In this document: positions 22,240-34,566 of the stretch, one piece after another
Numbering within the stretch: the first letter of the stretch is position 1
How the letters are laid out: each line of letters starts with the position of its first letter
Assembly (NCBI GenBank): GCA_008632985.1
Contig: QPGO01000053.1
Location: forward strand, 434,001 to 468,566
Length of the DNA stretch: 34,566 nt
Origin: Psammoneis japonica
Taxonomy: Eukaryota
Reading direction: 5' to 3'
Made by a program: the position numbers and the translations under genes
Notes under the pieces: generated by a model
What the model saw: only the letters and a program-made list of their open reading frames with translations
Databases searched by the model: none
Told to the model about the DNA's origin: nothing

Positions 22240-24790
22240 TGCGAGTGCATCATTCGTGCACAATGCGATCACCGACAGCACTGTCGAGACCGTCACACGA
22301 TGACTGTCCGGGAGCGCAGGCCTTGGCAGATCCGATGCCAATGCAGCATCGCAGTGGCTGCTCTGCTGCGGAGAAGCCAGTGGATTGCTTCGAGAGGCGT
22401 CATGCATGTTCACAAACTGGCCAGCCAATGAATCGCCTCCATGGGCCGCCTGCCGTGCAGTCATGGCAAAGCGACTCATCGCGCTGGACAAAAACCCGGG
22501 AGTGCACCCGGTCGGCACAGGAGAGGTGTGCCAGCGAGCCACGGCCAAAGCCATTCTCCCAGTTGCTGGAGCAGAGGCCAAAGAGACTTGTGGAACGGAT
22601 CAGCCATGTGCAGGTCTTGAAGCAGGCATCAAAGGAGCAATTCACATGATGAATCTCCTCTGGGAACAGCGCAAGTTCGAGGATGATCATGGCTTCCTCT
22701 TCGTCGACGCTTCCAACGGTTTTAACGAGGAGAACAGAGCCCCAATGTCATGCAACGTTGGACACCTCTGGCCATCCGGCGCCAGGTTTACTTTCAATGG
22801 CTGCAAGCGTTGGAGTGTCCCAATTGTCCGCGGACACTTTGGCACTGCCTTCGCACTGTTCAGCAAGGAAGGTGTCGCGCAGGGTGACTCACTTGGCAAG
22901 GCAGCCCATGGATTGGGCCTTCTCCCACCAGTCCAAAAGCTGAGCGACATCTGTCAGGATGCTTTCACGCCATGGCACGCCAACGACTCAGCTGCAGCCG
23001 GGAAATTCAACATCCTTCAGGAATTTTTCTTGACTCTTTGAGTCGAAGGACCCAAGCATGGCTGCTGCCCTGCCGCTGACGACAAGAACATCCTGGCAGT
23101 CCCAGAACGCAACCTGGAACGTGCCAGGGCGCACTTTGGAGACCTCGGCTTCACTGTCTGCTCAGGCAGCTGCCACCTTGGAGGCTTCATCAGAGAGACG
23201 GACGCACACGACCGATGGCCAGCAGAGAAAGTCAAGTCATGGACCTCGGTCGTCCAAGGACTTGCAAACATCGCGATTCATCACCCGCAGACTGACTGTG
23301 CTGGTCTTCAAAAGTCCCTGCAACACCAGTGGCAACATGTCCAATGTGCAGCAAAGGACTGCGGCAAATCCTTTGCGGAAGTGGAGAGTGCGATCCAGTG
23401 CCAATTTCTTCCAGCACTGGTTGGCGAGACCTTGGCTGATGACGACCCGAGACTGGCCCCATCTGCCCTCCCAATCAAATTTGCAGGACTGTCCATCCCT
23501 CGTCCAACGGAGTCTGCATCCCAAAACTGTGAAGTGAGTGCTCTCACGTGCTCTCACGTGATGGACTCACTCCACGGCCACTCAGATTTCTCTTCAGCAG
23601 TCCACAAGGACACCGTCCATGAAGTGAAAGAAGAAGCAGCCAATGGGAAAGCCAAGATGCATGAGGAGAAACTCAAGACAATCTTCCGGACTCTGACCAA
23701 CCTCAAAGCCAGAGCCATCAAGTGCAGCACCAGTGCTGGAGCATGGCTGTTGGTGCACCCATCAATCACAAATGGCACGGAACTCTCTTGCCTGGAATTC
23801 CATGACGTGCTCCATCTGCGACATGGCTGCACCCCCCCCCCCCCCCCCAACCTCCCGGAGCACTGCGATGGATGTGCCTGCAAATTCTCCATCACCCATG
23901 CCCTGCAGTGCAAAAAGGGCAGCCCAGTCATCTCACGACATGACGATGTGCGCGATGACCTCTTGGTGACCTAATTGGAGCGGCCTTCAAGCCCTCCTGT
24001 GCACGCGACAAACCCCTCATTAACCCCATTGGTCACATCTCAGGAAGCCCAGGCTCCTCCAACAACTCCCAAGGCAACACAAACTCCAACATGTCCAAGG
24101 ATGGCAATCGCGGAGACCTTTTGTCCAAAGGATTCTGGGACAAGAGGACAGACACCGTCATGGATGTTCGCATTCCAGATGCGGACGCAAAGTCACACCC
24201 ATCCAAGACACCGGAAGAAGTTCTGGAACAACACAAACGAGAGAAAAAGCACAAGCATCTCAAGCCCTGCCTTGAACAACGCCGCCACTTTGCTCCCTTC
24301 ATCGCATCATGCGATGGGCTGTTTGGAAAAGAAGCCAAAGCAGTGCTGCACAGAATCTAAACCAGCTGAGAAATGGCAAAAACCACACTCAGAGGTGTGT
24401 GGCCATGTCAACGCGAGAATGAGTGTCACTTTGGTGCGGGCAACTCACCGTTGCCTCAGGGGATCACATGTCCCTTTGTCCCAGACCAGCTCCAGATGTC
24501 CTCAATGGGAGGATGGTGCTGGTCTGTCCCTTTGCAAACACTGGGTGACCCCACTTGGGCCAGACCACTCATGCGGATGGATGGCCAACCTGCTGCCCAC
24601 AGAGATCACCGATGCCACAACGAGAAGACAACAAAAACTTAGCAACACACTGATTGCGGCACCAGAATCGACTTGGATCTCATGCGCACAGCCCGTGAAA
24701 ACTGCGTGCAACAACCACTCCTCATTTGCATGACTGCATTAACTGCACAACATCCACCTGTCACATGACACTCTGCACAGAACAAAATGG
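22240..24790 (+). mobile_element. 5'-truncated non-LTR retrotransposon (CRE-like) with RT, Zn knuckle and restriction-like endonuclease
   Basis: LSGSAG, RLIALDKNPGVHPVGTGEV, DQPCAGLEAG, VDASNGFNE, EGVAQGDSL, WHAND at 22973-22987 (YADD), CDGC...HALQCKKG...SRHD, GDLLSKGFW...VMDVRIPDADAKS, HFAPFIASCDG. Coding ends at ~24544; frameshifted. Confidence 0.92.
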
Positions 24791-25259
24791 AGCATGCAGA
24801 ACTTGCAAGGAATGATGTGCCTTCAGACACCCTTGTTTTGCATTTCGTGTTTTTCACGACTTGTCAAAACGGAATGACAACGGCAACCGCGAACGCAATG
24901 TGCTCCATCAACAACCACAAACTCACCATGACACCAACATGTGTCGACAGCTTGTAATTCGAATCACACGCACATGCCTTGCTGTGCTTTGAAACTGATT
25001 GATCATGTCAAAAACTGCTGAAATGTCCAACCATTTGCCCATTGCTTTTCACCGCATGAGTCAACCATGAGCCCGTTACACTCTCAATGTGCCGCACATG
25101 AGTTCATGAGATGCGACACACTGTTGATTGTTGTGGCTCTTGAAGGCAATGATGTTGAGAAAACGGTGACCGTAGAGTTAGTCACCGTCGGCGAATTTGC
25201 ACTGAATCTGAGTCGTGCTTGTCGAGCTGGCATGGCTGCCGCTTTGCGATGATTCATGT

Positions 25260-26850
25260 GCCCACCATTCTTGTTGTCGATCCCGTCTGACCGTGGCCAC
25301 CAAAAAATTTTTCATGGCGCTAAATTTTTCTTTTTTTTGTGGAACGAATCCACCATGGCGGCATCTTGAGCAGTTCCAATGGGCCATTGCGGCCTCTCCA
25401 TGAACCAATGCGGGGCAACGCTGACACCTTCTCTTCCCACATTGAGTGGTGTGTGGCAAGAGAATGTCTCCAACGTGGAGATGCACCATTGATGCTCGAC
25501 AATGCTTTGATTCACCTCTGTCACGAGTCGGAATCTCTCGATCACATGGTGGCTTTTCAATGAGTTTGGCATCTTGCTTCTGTTCCCACCAACTTGCTCC
25601 CCCAAGTTGACTCCCATTGAGAAAATGTGGCTCACACCAGTGCAGCGACTCAAGAGCTGGGACCCTCACAGCCCGCATCCAGTGCAGGGTGCAGCAGCAC
25701 ATGCACATGCCAGTGCGGCAACCATGGACTTGTTCTTGCTTGATGATTTTGCCGTGGCGCACACTCTGCATGGCTGTCTTTGCTGGGCTGGACACCACAA
25801 CCACCAACAAAAGATTCCAAATTTTGACATTGACAACTGGATTGCAAGAAAATGTCCACCTGCTGGAGCACAAACCATCGCGTCATCTGGGTTGCAGCAG
25901 CAGCAACTGAAGCATTGTGCAGTCTTTAAAAAATGTGGCAACAGGGCTCCTGACAGAATGGCATGCTGTGCTGCTGATGTTGCTCCACATCAGGGAATCA
26001 AAGTGGCATTCATCCAGTGTCACACCATCTGCCAAAGACAATTCAACGTCGTTGGAAGCTGACTCGACATCCGAAAGAGAAAGAGTGTCGGGAGCAGGCA
26101 GCCACAAGACATTGACTGCCCACACTTCAAACATTTGTGGAATTCGATTCAGTCACACATGTGACAATTTGAACAAAAGTCTTGGGATTCGAAATCTTCC
26201 AAACACCAGTTGACCACCAATTGATGGGCAGAAAGCAAAGATCACTCTGACTCACAGTTGCAACATCAAATGCGTCCTGTCATAGAAAAGAGGCAGAATT
26301 GGGAAGGCTCCAGGTCACAAACAAATCCTGTGTAGCCAAAGAAGCCCGTGATTGCTTGGTTCTCAAAAGAATGGTCCGTTTTGAGTGCTGTTTCACTCTG
26401 CCACCAATTTCAGAGACAAAACTGGCAATTGGCATGGTCACGATTAACCTTTGCATCCCATCATTTTCAAGAAGACTGGGCACACACAGTTGTTCAACAT
26501 GTCAGAAGATGTTGTCAGACAGCCAGCAATGGGGGGAGAAACCTGTTTGCAGCACAAACAAACAACTTTTGTTGATTTCACGGGAAACAAACAATGGCTT
26601 GCACTTCTTTTTGACAATTCTCTCTCTTGGAACACACCTTGCCAGCGCTTTTGCATTGCAGCTTTGTCAATCATGCAAAGATGTTCATAAAACGCCCCTG
26701 GACGTCTCTGGGCATTGCCTGCTTGCTGAGAACACACACCGAGAAGGGATCTGATGGCTGATCACTTTTGAGTTCATTCCACAAAAAAAATTCTCGTGGT
26801 GAAAAATTTTTGGTGGCCACGGTCAGACGGGATTGACAACAGTGGTGGGG
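25260..26850 (+). mobile_element. Internally deleted Tc1/IS630-like DNA transposon bounded by ~90-bp inverted repeats
   Basis: Transposase C-terminal fragment at ~25400-25750: GNADTF, LMLDNALIH, LLFPPTCSPKLTPIEKMW (LPPYSPELNPIE.W). Inverted repeats at 25260-25347 and 26774-26850 share tcccgtctgaccgtggccaccaaaaa. Confidence 0.75.
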
Positions 26851-27829
26851 CCGGCAGCAAAAAAAAAAGGTGATTTTGCAGAAAAAAACAACCCAGCACA
26901 GCGCTCCATTGCATGATGGATGAGATGAGACAAAGGCCAGCTGCAACACAGCACCCAAACAGGAAAAAAACTGCTCTCCCGATGTCTCGTGTCATTGTTG
27001 GTTTCAGCATCACATTGCATCTCCCATTGCCAAAGGGTTGGAAATGCAAAAGAAAGTGATGTGCATGGGGGCAAAGCAACTGAAGATGACAGCCAACCCT
27101 CTCTGCCAAGCTCAGAGCCTGACCTGGCTTTTGAACAAGGCCCCAAGTGCAGAAATGATTGCCGGCAGTCATCGCAGCAAGGGCGAGAAGTGGCTGCACA
27201 AAGAGTTTGAGAAAAAGCAAAGAACTTGCATCTAAATGAAACAGCACCCAGTGCCAGCCATTTCAGCACTGTGGAAAAAATGAAGCTGTCCATCAGAGGC
27301 CCGTTTCCATGAATTGTCTTGTGGTTGGACCAGTGGACAATGTTGCTGATGTCATGTGTGAGTGTCATCACATGAATTTGTTCATGACAAATCATCACTG
27401 TTTAACATGACTTGACATGATCACACCCATTTGCCACAAATTGGTGTGATTGAAAATGAACAAATGTCCATCCAAACCAACAAAAGTCCAGGGATGTCAA
27501 CAGACAGCAGTCAATCCCAGCAAGTGGGGTGCAACTCAATGAGCTCACGACTCCAAAGAAGTTGCTTGACATGATTTCAATTGCCTTGTCGTTGCCGACT
27601 GTGTGATGACCAAATGCAGCATTGGGGCTTGTTTTTAATTTTTGCTGTCAAAGTCAATCGGTTGACCAGCATGTCAACGTGTGAGTGCAAGCAATTGCTG
27701 CCAAGTCAATCTTGTCCAGCCCCAAACTGCCACCAACTCCAGTTTGTAGATCTTGGCACAGCTGACTTGTTGGTCGTCTTCATCATCTGAGCCATCCTGT
27801 GCTTCTTCCGCCACCCGCTCATCTCGCTC

Positions 27830-29150
27830 AGTTGCAACATCTCTGCAGAGAGCTGCCCCCACTTGCCAAGGCGTCCTCTTGCAACACCTTGCTTGATCTC
27901 CTTGACCATGTCAACAAAGAACTTGTCAGCCCTTGGTGACCACCCTTTGCTCTTCTTCGGTGTCTTGCACTTCCTTGGTCTCCTGTGTTTCCATCTGTGT
28001 CTTTTGGCTTTGCCGCCGTGAAATGCTTGAGTGTCCTGACAACCTTTCTCCTCTTGCTGGATGCGTCTGCATTGTTTTGGATGTCAATGAGCACTTTCGC
28101 AGCATTGGTCAGAGCTGTGACTTGTGCTGCAGTCTTTGGCTTGTCTCTGATCTTCTTGACCATTGTGCCTCATTTTTGGCTCTTGTGCCGACAAACCTCC
28201 CTCCTCCAATGGCTCTTGTGAATCCTTCTGGAGCAGCACAAATGTGCTCTGGTCCTGGTCTTCCTTCTCCTTGGCTGTTGCAAGGTCTGGCATGATGTTC
28301 TTGCACAAGTTGTTGCTTCCCTCTTGGTCTGTCATTCCTCCATCATTGGCCAACTCCATGTCGTAATCCAACATCAAAGTCCCATCCTTGTTCCAGCTCT
28401 TGCAGTCGGCATGCCACGCATTGTGGTTGTTCTTGAGGAGCATGTGGGCAAACACCTCAGCACATGCTGTGCCCATCCTCTTGTCCTTGGCAATGCTCTC
28501 TTTCCAGCATGTCTCTCTGACAATTGGACGCAGCATGCAGTCACAGAACACTGTCAGCAAAGCCGGGTTTCCCAAGTGATCTTGGAATCTTTCCATGGAC
28601 GGCAAGATGCAATTGTTGTCATTGCAGCATGTGCACAAAGAGCTTCATTTGCAGCAGACAAAGCAAGTGACGATGCTGTCAGCAGTTGCAACGGCTGCTC
28701 TCATTGCACCCTCCGTTTGCACTCACTGCAGAACTTGTCCTGCTGTGCCTGGTGCGCATTCAACCTCTTGGCTGCCAGCCACTCCTGACATGTTTTTTTT
28801 TGTTTCAGTGCAAGCCACAGGTGGTGCAGGTGTGTTTTTTGCTCTGGCTTGGGCAAATCCTGCAGCATCCCATCCATCATCTTGGGGCTGCAATTCTGTT
28901 CATAATCCCTGCAGAGCATTCCTGTTTCTTCCATTTCCTTGTTGTTGAATGTGAGTGTGACACTGAGGAACAATGTTTCCTTGACATGTTCTCTCACCTT
29001 TGCTGTGTCCTGCATGACCTTGGCATGATCCACCATCCATTCAGTTGAGCTTGTTTGCTGCTCCACAACAACCATCGTCCTCCACTGCTTTCTGGAGATT
29101 GCCGAAGCACACTGAAGCAAGGTGAAGGATGCGGTTGAATCTTGCAAATG
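27830..29150 (-). pseudogene. Decayed unknown ORF, possibly a transposon accessory gene
   Basis: Successive minus-strand protein-like frames (HVKETLF..., AEVFAHMLLKNNHNAW...) with a Lys-rich end. Family not identified. Confidence 0.4.
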
Positions 29151-30070
29151 ATGTGCATGTGACGGTTGTCTCTTTGTCCCTTCTGCACATTTTTTTGCTC
29201 ACCTTGACAGGGCGTCTTCACCACATTTTTTTGCTTGGCTGGACATCTTCTTTTTGATTTAAATGAGTCCATCTTGCAATTCAAAACCTCTCATCTTTAA
29301 TGTCTGAACATGTTTTTTGCCATGATGTCTGATGTCTCTTTGCGGCCAACTCTCCAACAGCTGTTGCCACCCTGCCAATCAACTCCCATTCAAAAATCAA
29401 CCGAGTCTTCACTCAACAATTTGATTCAAAAATCAATCCAACATGTGCATGCCAACAAATGGTTGTGAACTGCCATCCAATTGTTTTGTTCTGCTGTTTC
29501 TGCCTTCCTTTTCCCATTGGCCCATTGGCTTGGCATGCCTTCTTGCCACCGTCACTGCCAATGCCGGCAAAATGCACCCCGTTCACAGCTCACGAGAACG
29601 CCAGCAACAGAGAGGTTTTGCTGGCACAAAAAATTGGCAATGACATTCCTGGCAACCAGCAACATGTCCGAGTGTGCATGCGTGCTCATGCCATCCCTGG
29701 TCAATCATTGCTGGTGTGGAAAAGTCATTGCATCCTCAAAAGTGCTTGCGGCGCCTGTTGCTGGCACAATTGGCATTGTCGGTTGGACTCCCCCCGCAAT
29801 TGTTGCTGGTTTTCCAGGTGACATGTTTCGCTGGTTTCACACATTCCCAGAACCATCCTTTGCTGGCAATGATGCCGATGACATCACCGGCCCAAAATGC
29901 CATTTCTGGTTCAACTGGCGACAATGCACAGGGTTGCACCATGGTCCGACCATTGCTGCGCATTTCCTTTTGCAGCCACGCAATGCGCCAAGACAACAGC
30001 ACAGCTGCAACAATTGCTGATGAGCTCCACAACATTGCATGCACATGCTGGTGCTCTTGTGGTGTTTGAT

Positions 30071-30470
30071 GGAAGTCCAAAGCAACAGGAACGATGGTGC
30101 CAGAGAGAAAATCCCAGAGCTTTTTGGCCCAGTGCAGAGCAAGCCGTGGTCCTTGAGAGCATTCAACCAACTCAAGCATGCACTTGTGACAAGTGGGGAC
30201 AATTTCATGGATCATTCTCATTCTGAATTGTGCCCTTGCAGTCTTCGCTGGGGGTTCAAAGCAACAGGAGCAGGCTCAGAGAGAAAGCCTCAGAGCTTTT
30301 TGGCGCCTGGTGCAGAGCAAGCTGCGGCCCTTGAGAGCACTCAAACAACTTGAGCATGCACTTGTGACAAGCAGGTGCAATCTTGTGGATCATTCTCATT
30401 CTGAATGGTGCCCTTGCGGTCTTTTTTGCTGGGGGTCCAAAGCATCAGAGGAGCGATTGCTCAGAGCTCT
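30071..30470 (+). repeat. ~180-bp tandem repeat, two copies plus a partial third
   Basis: t(c/t)caaagca recurs at 30076, 30255 and 30436. Shared blocks include gtgcagagcaagc, agcatgcacttgtgacaag and ggatcattctcattctgaat. Confidence 0.92.
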
Positions 30471-30499
30471 AAAACATCAGAGATTTTTGGACAAATTGC

Positions 30500-33400
30500 T
30501 CATCAGTTGTTTGTTTCTGCCACTGAGAACAACAAAGCAGCAAACCCCAGCACCAACTTCAACACAGATGACCCCCACATCTCCAGTGGCAGTGCCAAAC
30601 AGCTTCCTGGTGAGTTCACAGCAGACGAGGGCTGGATCGGAACTGGGTTGCCAATGTGGAAGAACCAGTGGAAACCAGTCTGGCAAGAAGCCATGATCGC
30701 CATCTTCACAACCTTGTAGATTCCAAGTGCATCTCAGAGAAGAAAGAGAACAATGACTCCCATTGACAACCACAAATCCTGGGTGCAAGAGGTGGGGAAC
30801 TCCAACCTCTCCATGACAATTGAACCAGCCTTGTCAAGCTCCTTTGTCTTGTGTGGGCAACGATTGTTGAGAAACATGTTTGCACAATGAAGAGAGCTCC
30901 TTGTGGGCATGGTTTGTGGCTGAGACATGCTTCAGCATCACGGTCTTCAACGGCCGTAACATCAGATGCTTGTCAAAATGTTTGCCGCATGTTGGTGGCT
31001 GTTGGCAAGGAACTTGACCAAAATGATGTTCCCCAGCTTGTCTGTGATGAACACACAGAGGGCTCCGGGGGTCTTGGTGCATCCATGCCAAATGCAGTTT
31101 TGATCATTGGGATGAATCTTGACACTGTCAGGCATGATCTTGGCTTGGACAGTGCCAAGCTCAATCCTCACTGCTTTGCAACCAAGCCCAGTGCGGAGCA
31201 CAGTCGCATGCATTTTGGTGCGTGCGTTGTTGTCACAGGGGCAAGGACTGCCAAAGCACTGCATTCTCTGGCTTGTCATGGCACCTCTGCATGGAATCAC
31301 AGACATCCGCATGGACTTGATCTGATTGCAAATGCCAACGTTTTTTTCTTTCTCGAAGATTCCCAAACCGACCTGTTGTTTCAGGATGATGTTGCCATTC
31401 TCAAGCACTTCGTGCAACCAACCACAGGCTCCAAAATCAATCCTGTCCCTTTTCTCTGGTCGCTTGGAACAACCATTGTAGTTTTTCTTGTTGTGCTTGT
31501 CATTCTTGTCACAAAGGGCATTGGAACAGTCATGTTCAAACACAAAATGGGCAATCACGCCTGCATCATTGGAGATTTCCGAAATGTTTCTGCCAAAGAC
31601 ATGAGGTAGAGAGCAAAATGATGGCATCATCCTGGATGCATTGAGCTCTTGGGGGCACCACCACAAGCTCTCGATCATGACTTGCGGCAGAAGGAAGTGG
31701 TTGTGTTGTCTCAAAGGAATGAAGATGATGGCACAGATCATCCAGCAGGCAACAGTCAGCTGGAGAATGGCGCAAGTTTAACTCGTGATTGGTGCATTGC
31801 TCATCATCCTTGTCATCGTCGTCTGGATCATAAAAAACAGAAACACAAGGAGCACATCTCAAGACATCTGCAGGTGACACAAAGCTGCAGCTGCAGCCAT
31901 GGGAGGACCAAACCTTGATTGACAAGGAAGTTGTGGAGCTTGCCGATGTGCTTGGCTTCAATGGAGACAATGCAGAAGCAACTCCTGAGGATGCACCAAC
32001 AGCACCAGTGTCCACTGCATTCTGAATGGGGTCATCATTGAGTGATGAATCACCATGCAGCAACAACTCTCCATCCAAAGATGACTCGGCTGTGTGGTCA
32101 ATGGAAGGTTGCAACTGGGAGGCTGGTGTGCTGATGGAGCAGTTGGTGGCTGGTGGGGCATGAGCCGTGGTGAAGGTCAGTGGAACAACAGGGTTCTGGT
32201 TGGTGTCTTTTTTGGATGCGGTGGGAGGAGGTGCCAGAGAACCAGCCAACACAGTGGAGGACTCCTTGTTCTTCTTCCTCCTCTTGGTGGAAGAGATGAA
32301 CTTTGCCTTGGCTTCCAGGAAAGGTGTGGATGCATGAGATCATGGACGCGTGATCGTGCAATTACCAGGTTGCAGAACTTGAAGCGATTCGTGTCCTTGC
32401 AGGAACGCTTGAAGGTGGAGTGGAGCTCACATTCAACCAAATCTTGGTGTTTTTGTGCCATGCCTTTTGCCAAGGCACGGGTGTTGATGCAAGCCTTGAC
32501 ACACTCCAGATGATGGGCGAGGATCTTCTTGGCAACCTTCCCATCCTTCAACTTCTGATTTGAGCCAATCAGGGTCAACACATTGTTGCAAAACAGCACA
32601 AACTGCTTCTTCTTTTTGCAGCCGGAAAAAAGGATGGTGGGCTGGTTTTGAAAATTGCTGAACTCTTCATTGGTGTGAGGCACAAAGCAACAGTCCTTCA
32701 TGGCAGCAGCGGTGCTCAGGCATTGCACAAAAAAGCCCAACTTGGATGAGAAGCTGGTGATCTGAAGGAAGCAAGGGTCATTGCCAAGTTGATCATGCAC
32801 TGTCATCTGCCACAAATCATCAATGATTGCATGAAGATTCTTGCCAAATCAGGAAAGATTGGAAAAGGTTTCAGCCAGCTTGTGGCACTCAAGAACACAC
32901 CTTCCATCTTTGCTGCAGAAACACAACCAGCCACGACTTTTGGCAGTTGCAACAAACAAAGGGCGAGGCAATGAGATCAGTGGAGGGAGTCCATTCAGAA
33001 TTTTCAAGAAAGTGCTGATGGTGGTGCTGTGTCTTGATGATTCTTTTAAATTGAGCCTTGGTCATGCAGGCACCACCAACACCATTGGTGTGCTTCAGCT
33101 TGGTTGTCAAGCACAGAGCCATTGACTCTGCCCAAAGAATCGTCGTCATTGTCATTTTTGTTGGGAAAAGAAAGATCACCAGCATGGCCATCATCGAGAT
33201 CTCTGGATGCAGATGGCATCCCAGCTTAAGAACTGCCTTGGCTGGTTGAGTCATTGCCATTGGATTCATTGTTGGAGCTGAGATTGACGTCAGCAGGGAT
33301 GCTTGGCACCACTGTGGAGGGAGAAAAACTTCAAGCAACAAGCCGCCATTGTCAGGAGACATGACAAAGCAGAGCGCAGCACCAGCTTCACATTTGGTGT

Positions 33401-33500
33401 CATTCTTGGATGAATCAGAGTGAGAAGAGAGATGCCCCTTTTGCTTGGGCATCACTTTGTGCTGGGACATGATCACAACGGTGGGAGAGGCAAACCGCCA
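30500..33500 (-). pseudogene. Long decayed coding remnant of unknown family
   Basis: Consecutive minus-strand frames 32889-33476, 32177-32815, 31566-32252 (Pro/Ser/Asp-rich linker) and 30962-31741. Confidence 0.35.
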
Positions 33501-34566
33501 TGGGCAATCGCAGCATGAACAGTGGTGATGAAATCCTGTGGACTGCTTGTTGTGCTGCTTTTGTGGTTCTGCAGCGATGATTCACCAAAAACACAGGGGG
33601 GAGTGGATCCACAGATCAGAGGCAGAAGGGACAAATGCCCATGCACAATTGCTGAGGTAAATGGCACAAATGAAACATTGTGATTTGCCAGTGATGCACC
33701 TGCAAAAAGCTGTCAAGGAATGCAAGAGACATTTCTTTGGTGCATCCACTTCTTCACCCTCTGTTGTCCTCATTGCCACCAGTGTCCACAACAAGTGGAG
33801 TGTGCCTGAAAGCATTGATGCACGCACTTCTTGTTTTTTCCTCAACTCGGTGTGCCAAAAGGCAATCTGCACTGTTTTCATTGCTTGCACGTGCCTGATC
33901 CCAAACATGGAGCACAAATCACTGGAAACATGCAAACCAACAAGCGCTGGTGTCACATTTGTCAGGAGGCCTAAGTTCTGGGGAATGTGGCCAGTTCAAG
34001 CCAGATGCGTGTGTGTTTCCTTCTCATGAGAAAAACAGAGAGACCACGCTGGTCAAGACAGTGACAACAGAGGGAACAAACAAAGTCCATGTTCATGTTT
34101 TATTTGGGAAGTTGGTCATGGAAATTAGAGCCCAGTCAAGATTTGGGAGTGTGGGCTGATGCACTTGACACCCTGTTGCACAGGGCTGTTTCTGATGGCG
34201 GTGGTCACACAAGCCTTCTGCAAATGGTGTGCACAAGCCTGCAGCCGCACTGTGGTGAAAGGCTGATGGACAAAGCAGTGTGGTCTGCTCCATCATGAGG
34301 GCTGTTGGTTTCAGCACAAAGGACCTGTCAGATGATCACAAGCATGGGGCAGCTTTCAAGAATTTTCCAGCATGCCAAACTGATTGATTTGTCTTGAAAA
34401 AAAGCACAAAATGGGACCAGAGGTTTTGAGCATTGGTTTTGCCTCTTGTGAATTGCTGGATGACAAGCAATGAGCAAGCTGGGCTTTTGGTTGTGCAGAG
34501 GACAGAGAAAAGGGGAATCCGAGACATGCAAAAAACTGGCCAACTTTTTTGTCAACATTCCCTTTT

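Larger units (their letters stand above)
21985..34566. other. Right TpA-depleted domain; CpG largely retained near the island and scarcer distally
   Basis: TA nearly disappears after ~21985. CG is common in 22000-24700 and sparser beyond ~26000. Confidence 0.92.

Noticed and set aside
23832..23848. C17 homopolymer
   Set aside because: Simple slippage or sequencing artefact inside a dead LINE.
30071..30470. CRISPR array
   Set aside because: Long degenerate tandem units without unique spacers, eukaryotic context, no cas genes.
1..34566. Most six-frame ORFs in the flanks as real genes
   Set aside because: Overlapping, Tyr-free and frameshifted relative to recognisable domains; explained by stop-codon loss.
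1..34566. Alternative genetic code or RNA editing explaining Tyr->His/Cys
   Set aside because: Island genes use standard Tyr and TAA/TAG stops, and TA loss also affects non-coding DNA and all frames.

Overview
Eukaryotic DNA, most likely a diatom (inferred from CoDi-like copia, diatom/oomycete-type gypsy gag and short GT-AG introns). A gene island of normal composition (~15980-21920, plus a small patch at ~14400-14750) holds an intron-containing anthranilate phosphoribosyltransferase (trpD), two inverted paralogs of an unknown ~326 aa protein and a small two-exon gene. The flanks are decayed transposons (copia, gypsy gag, an RLE-type LINE, a Tc1/IS630-like element) and gene fragments (AAA ATPase, DUF1254/DUF1214, and an inverted copy of part of the island). 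The main observation is that the flanks have lost almost all TpA dinucleotides, and more variably CpG, both converted to TpG/CpA. An internal comparison (intact 19082-20245 versus decayed 12287-13344) shows TA->TG/CA changes directly. Conserved Tyr becomes His/Cys and TAA/TAG stops are erased. In the LINE, TpA is nearly gone while CpG is still common. This suggests a region-restricted, TpA-directed A:T->G:C hypermutation of repeat-rich DNA, opposite in direction to fungal RIP; the mechanism is inference. Most ORFs in the flanks are artefacts of stop-codon erasure. Counts are by eye and family calls rest on remembered motifs, not database searches.
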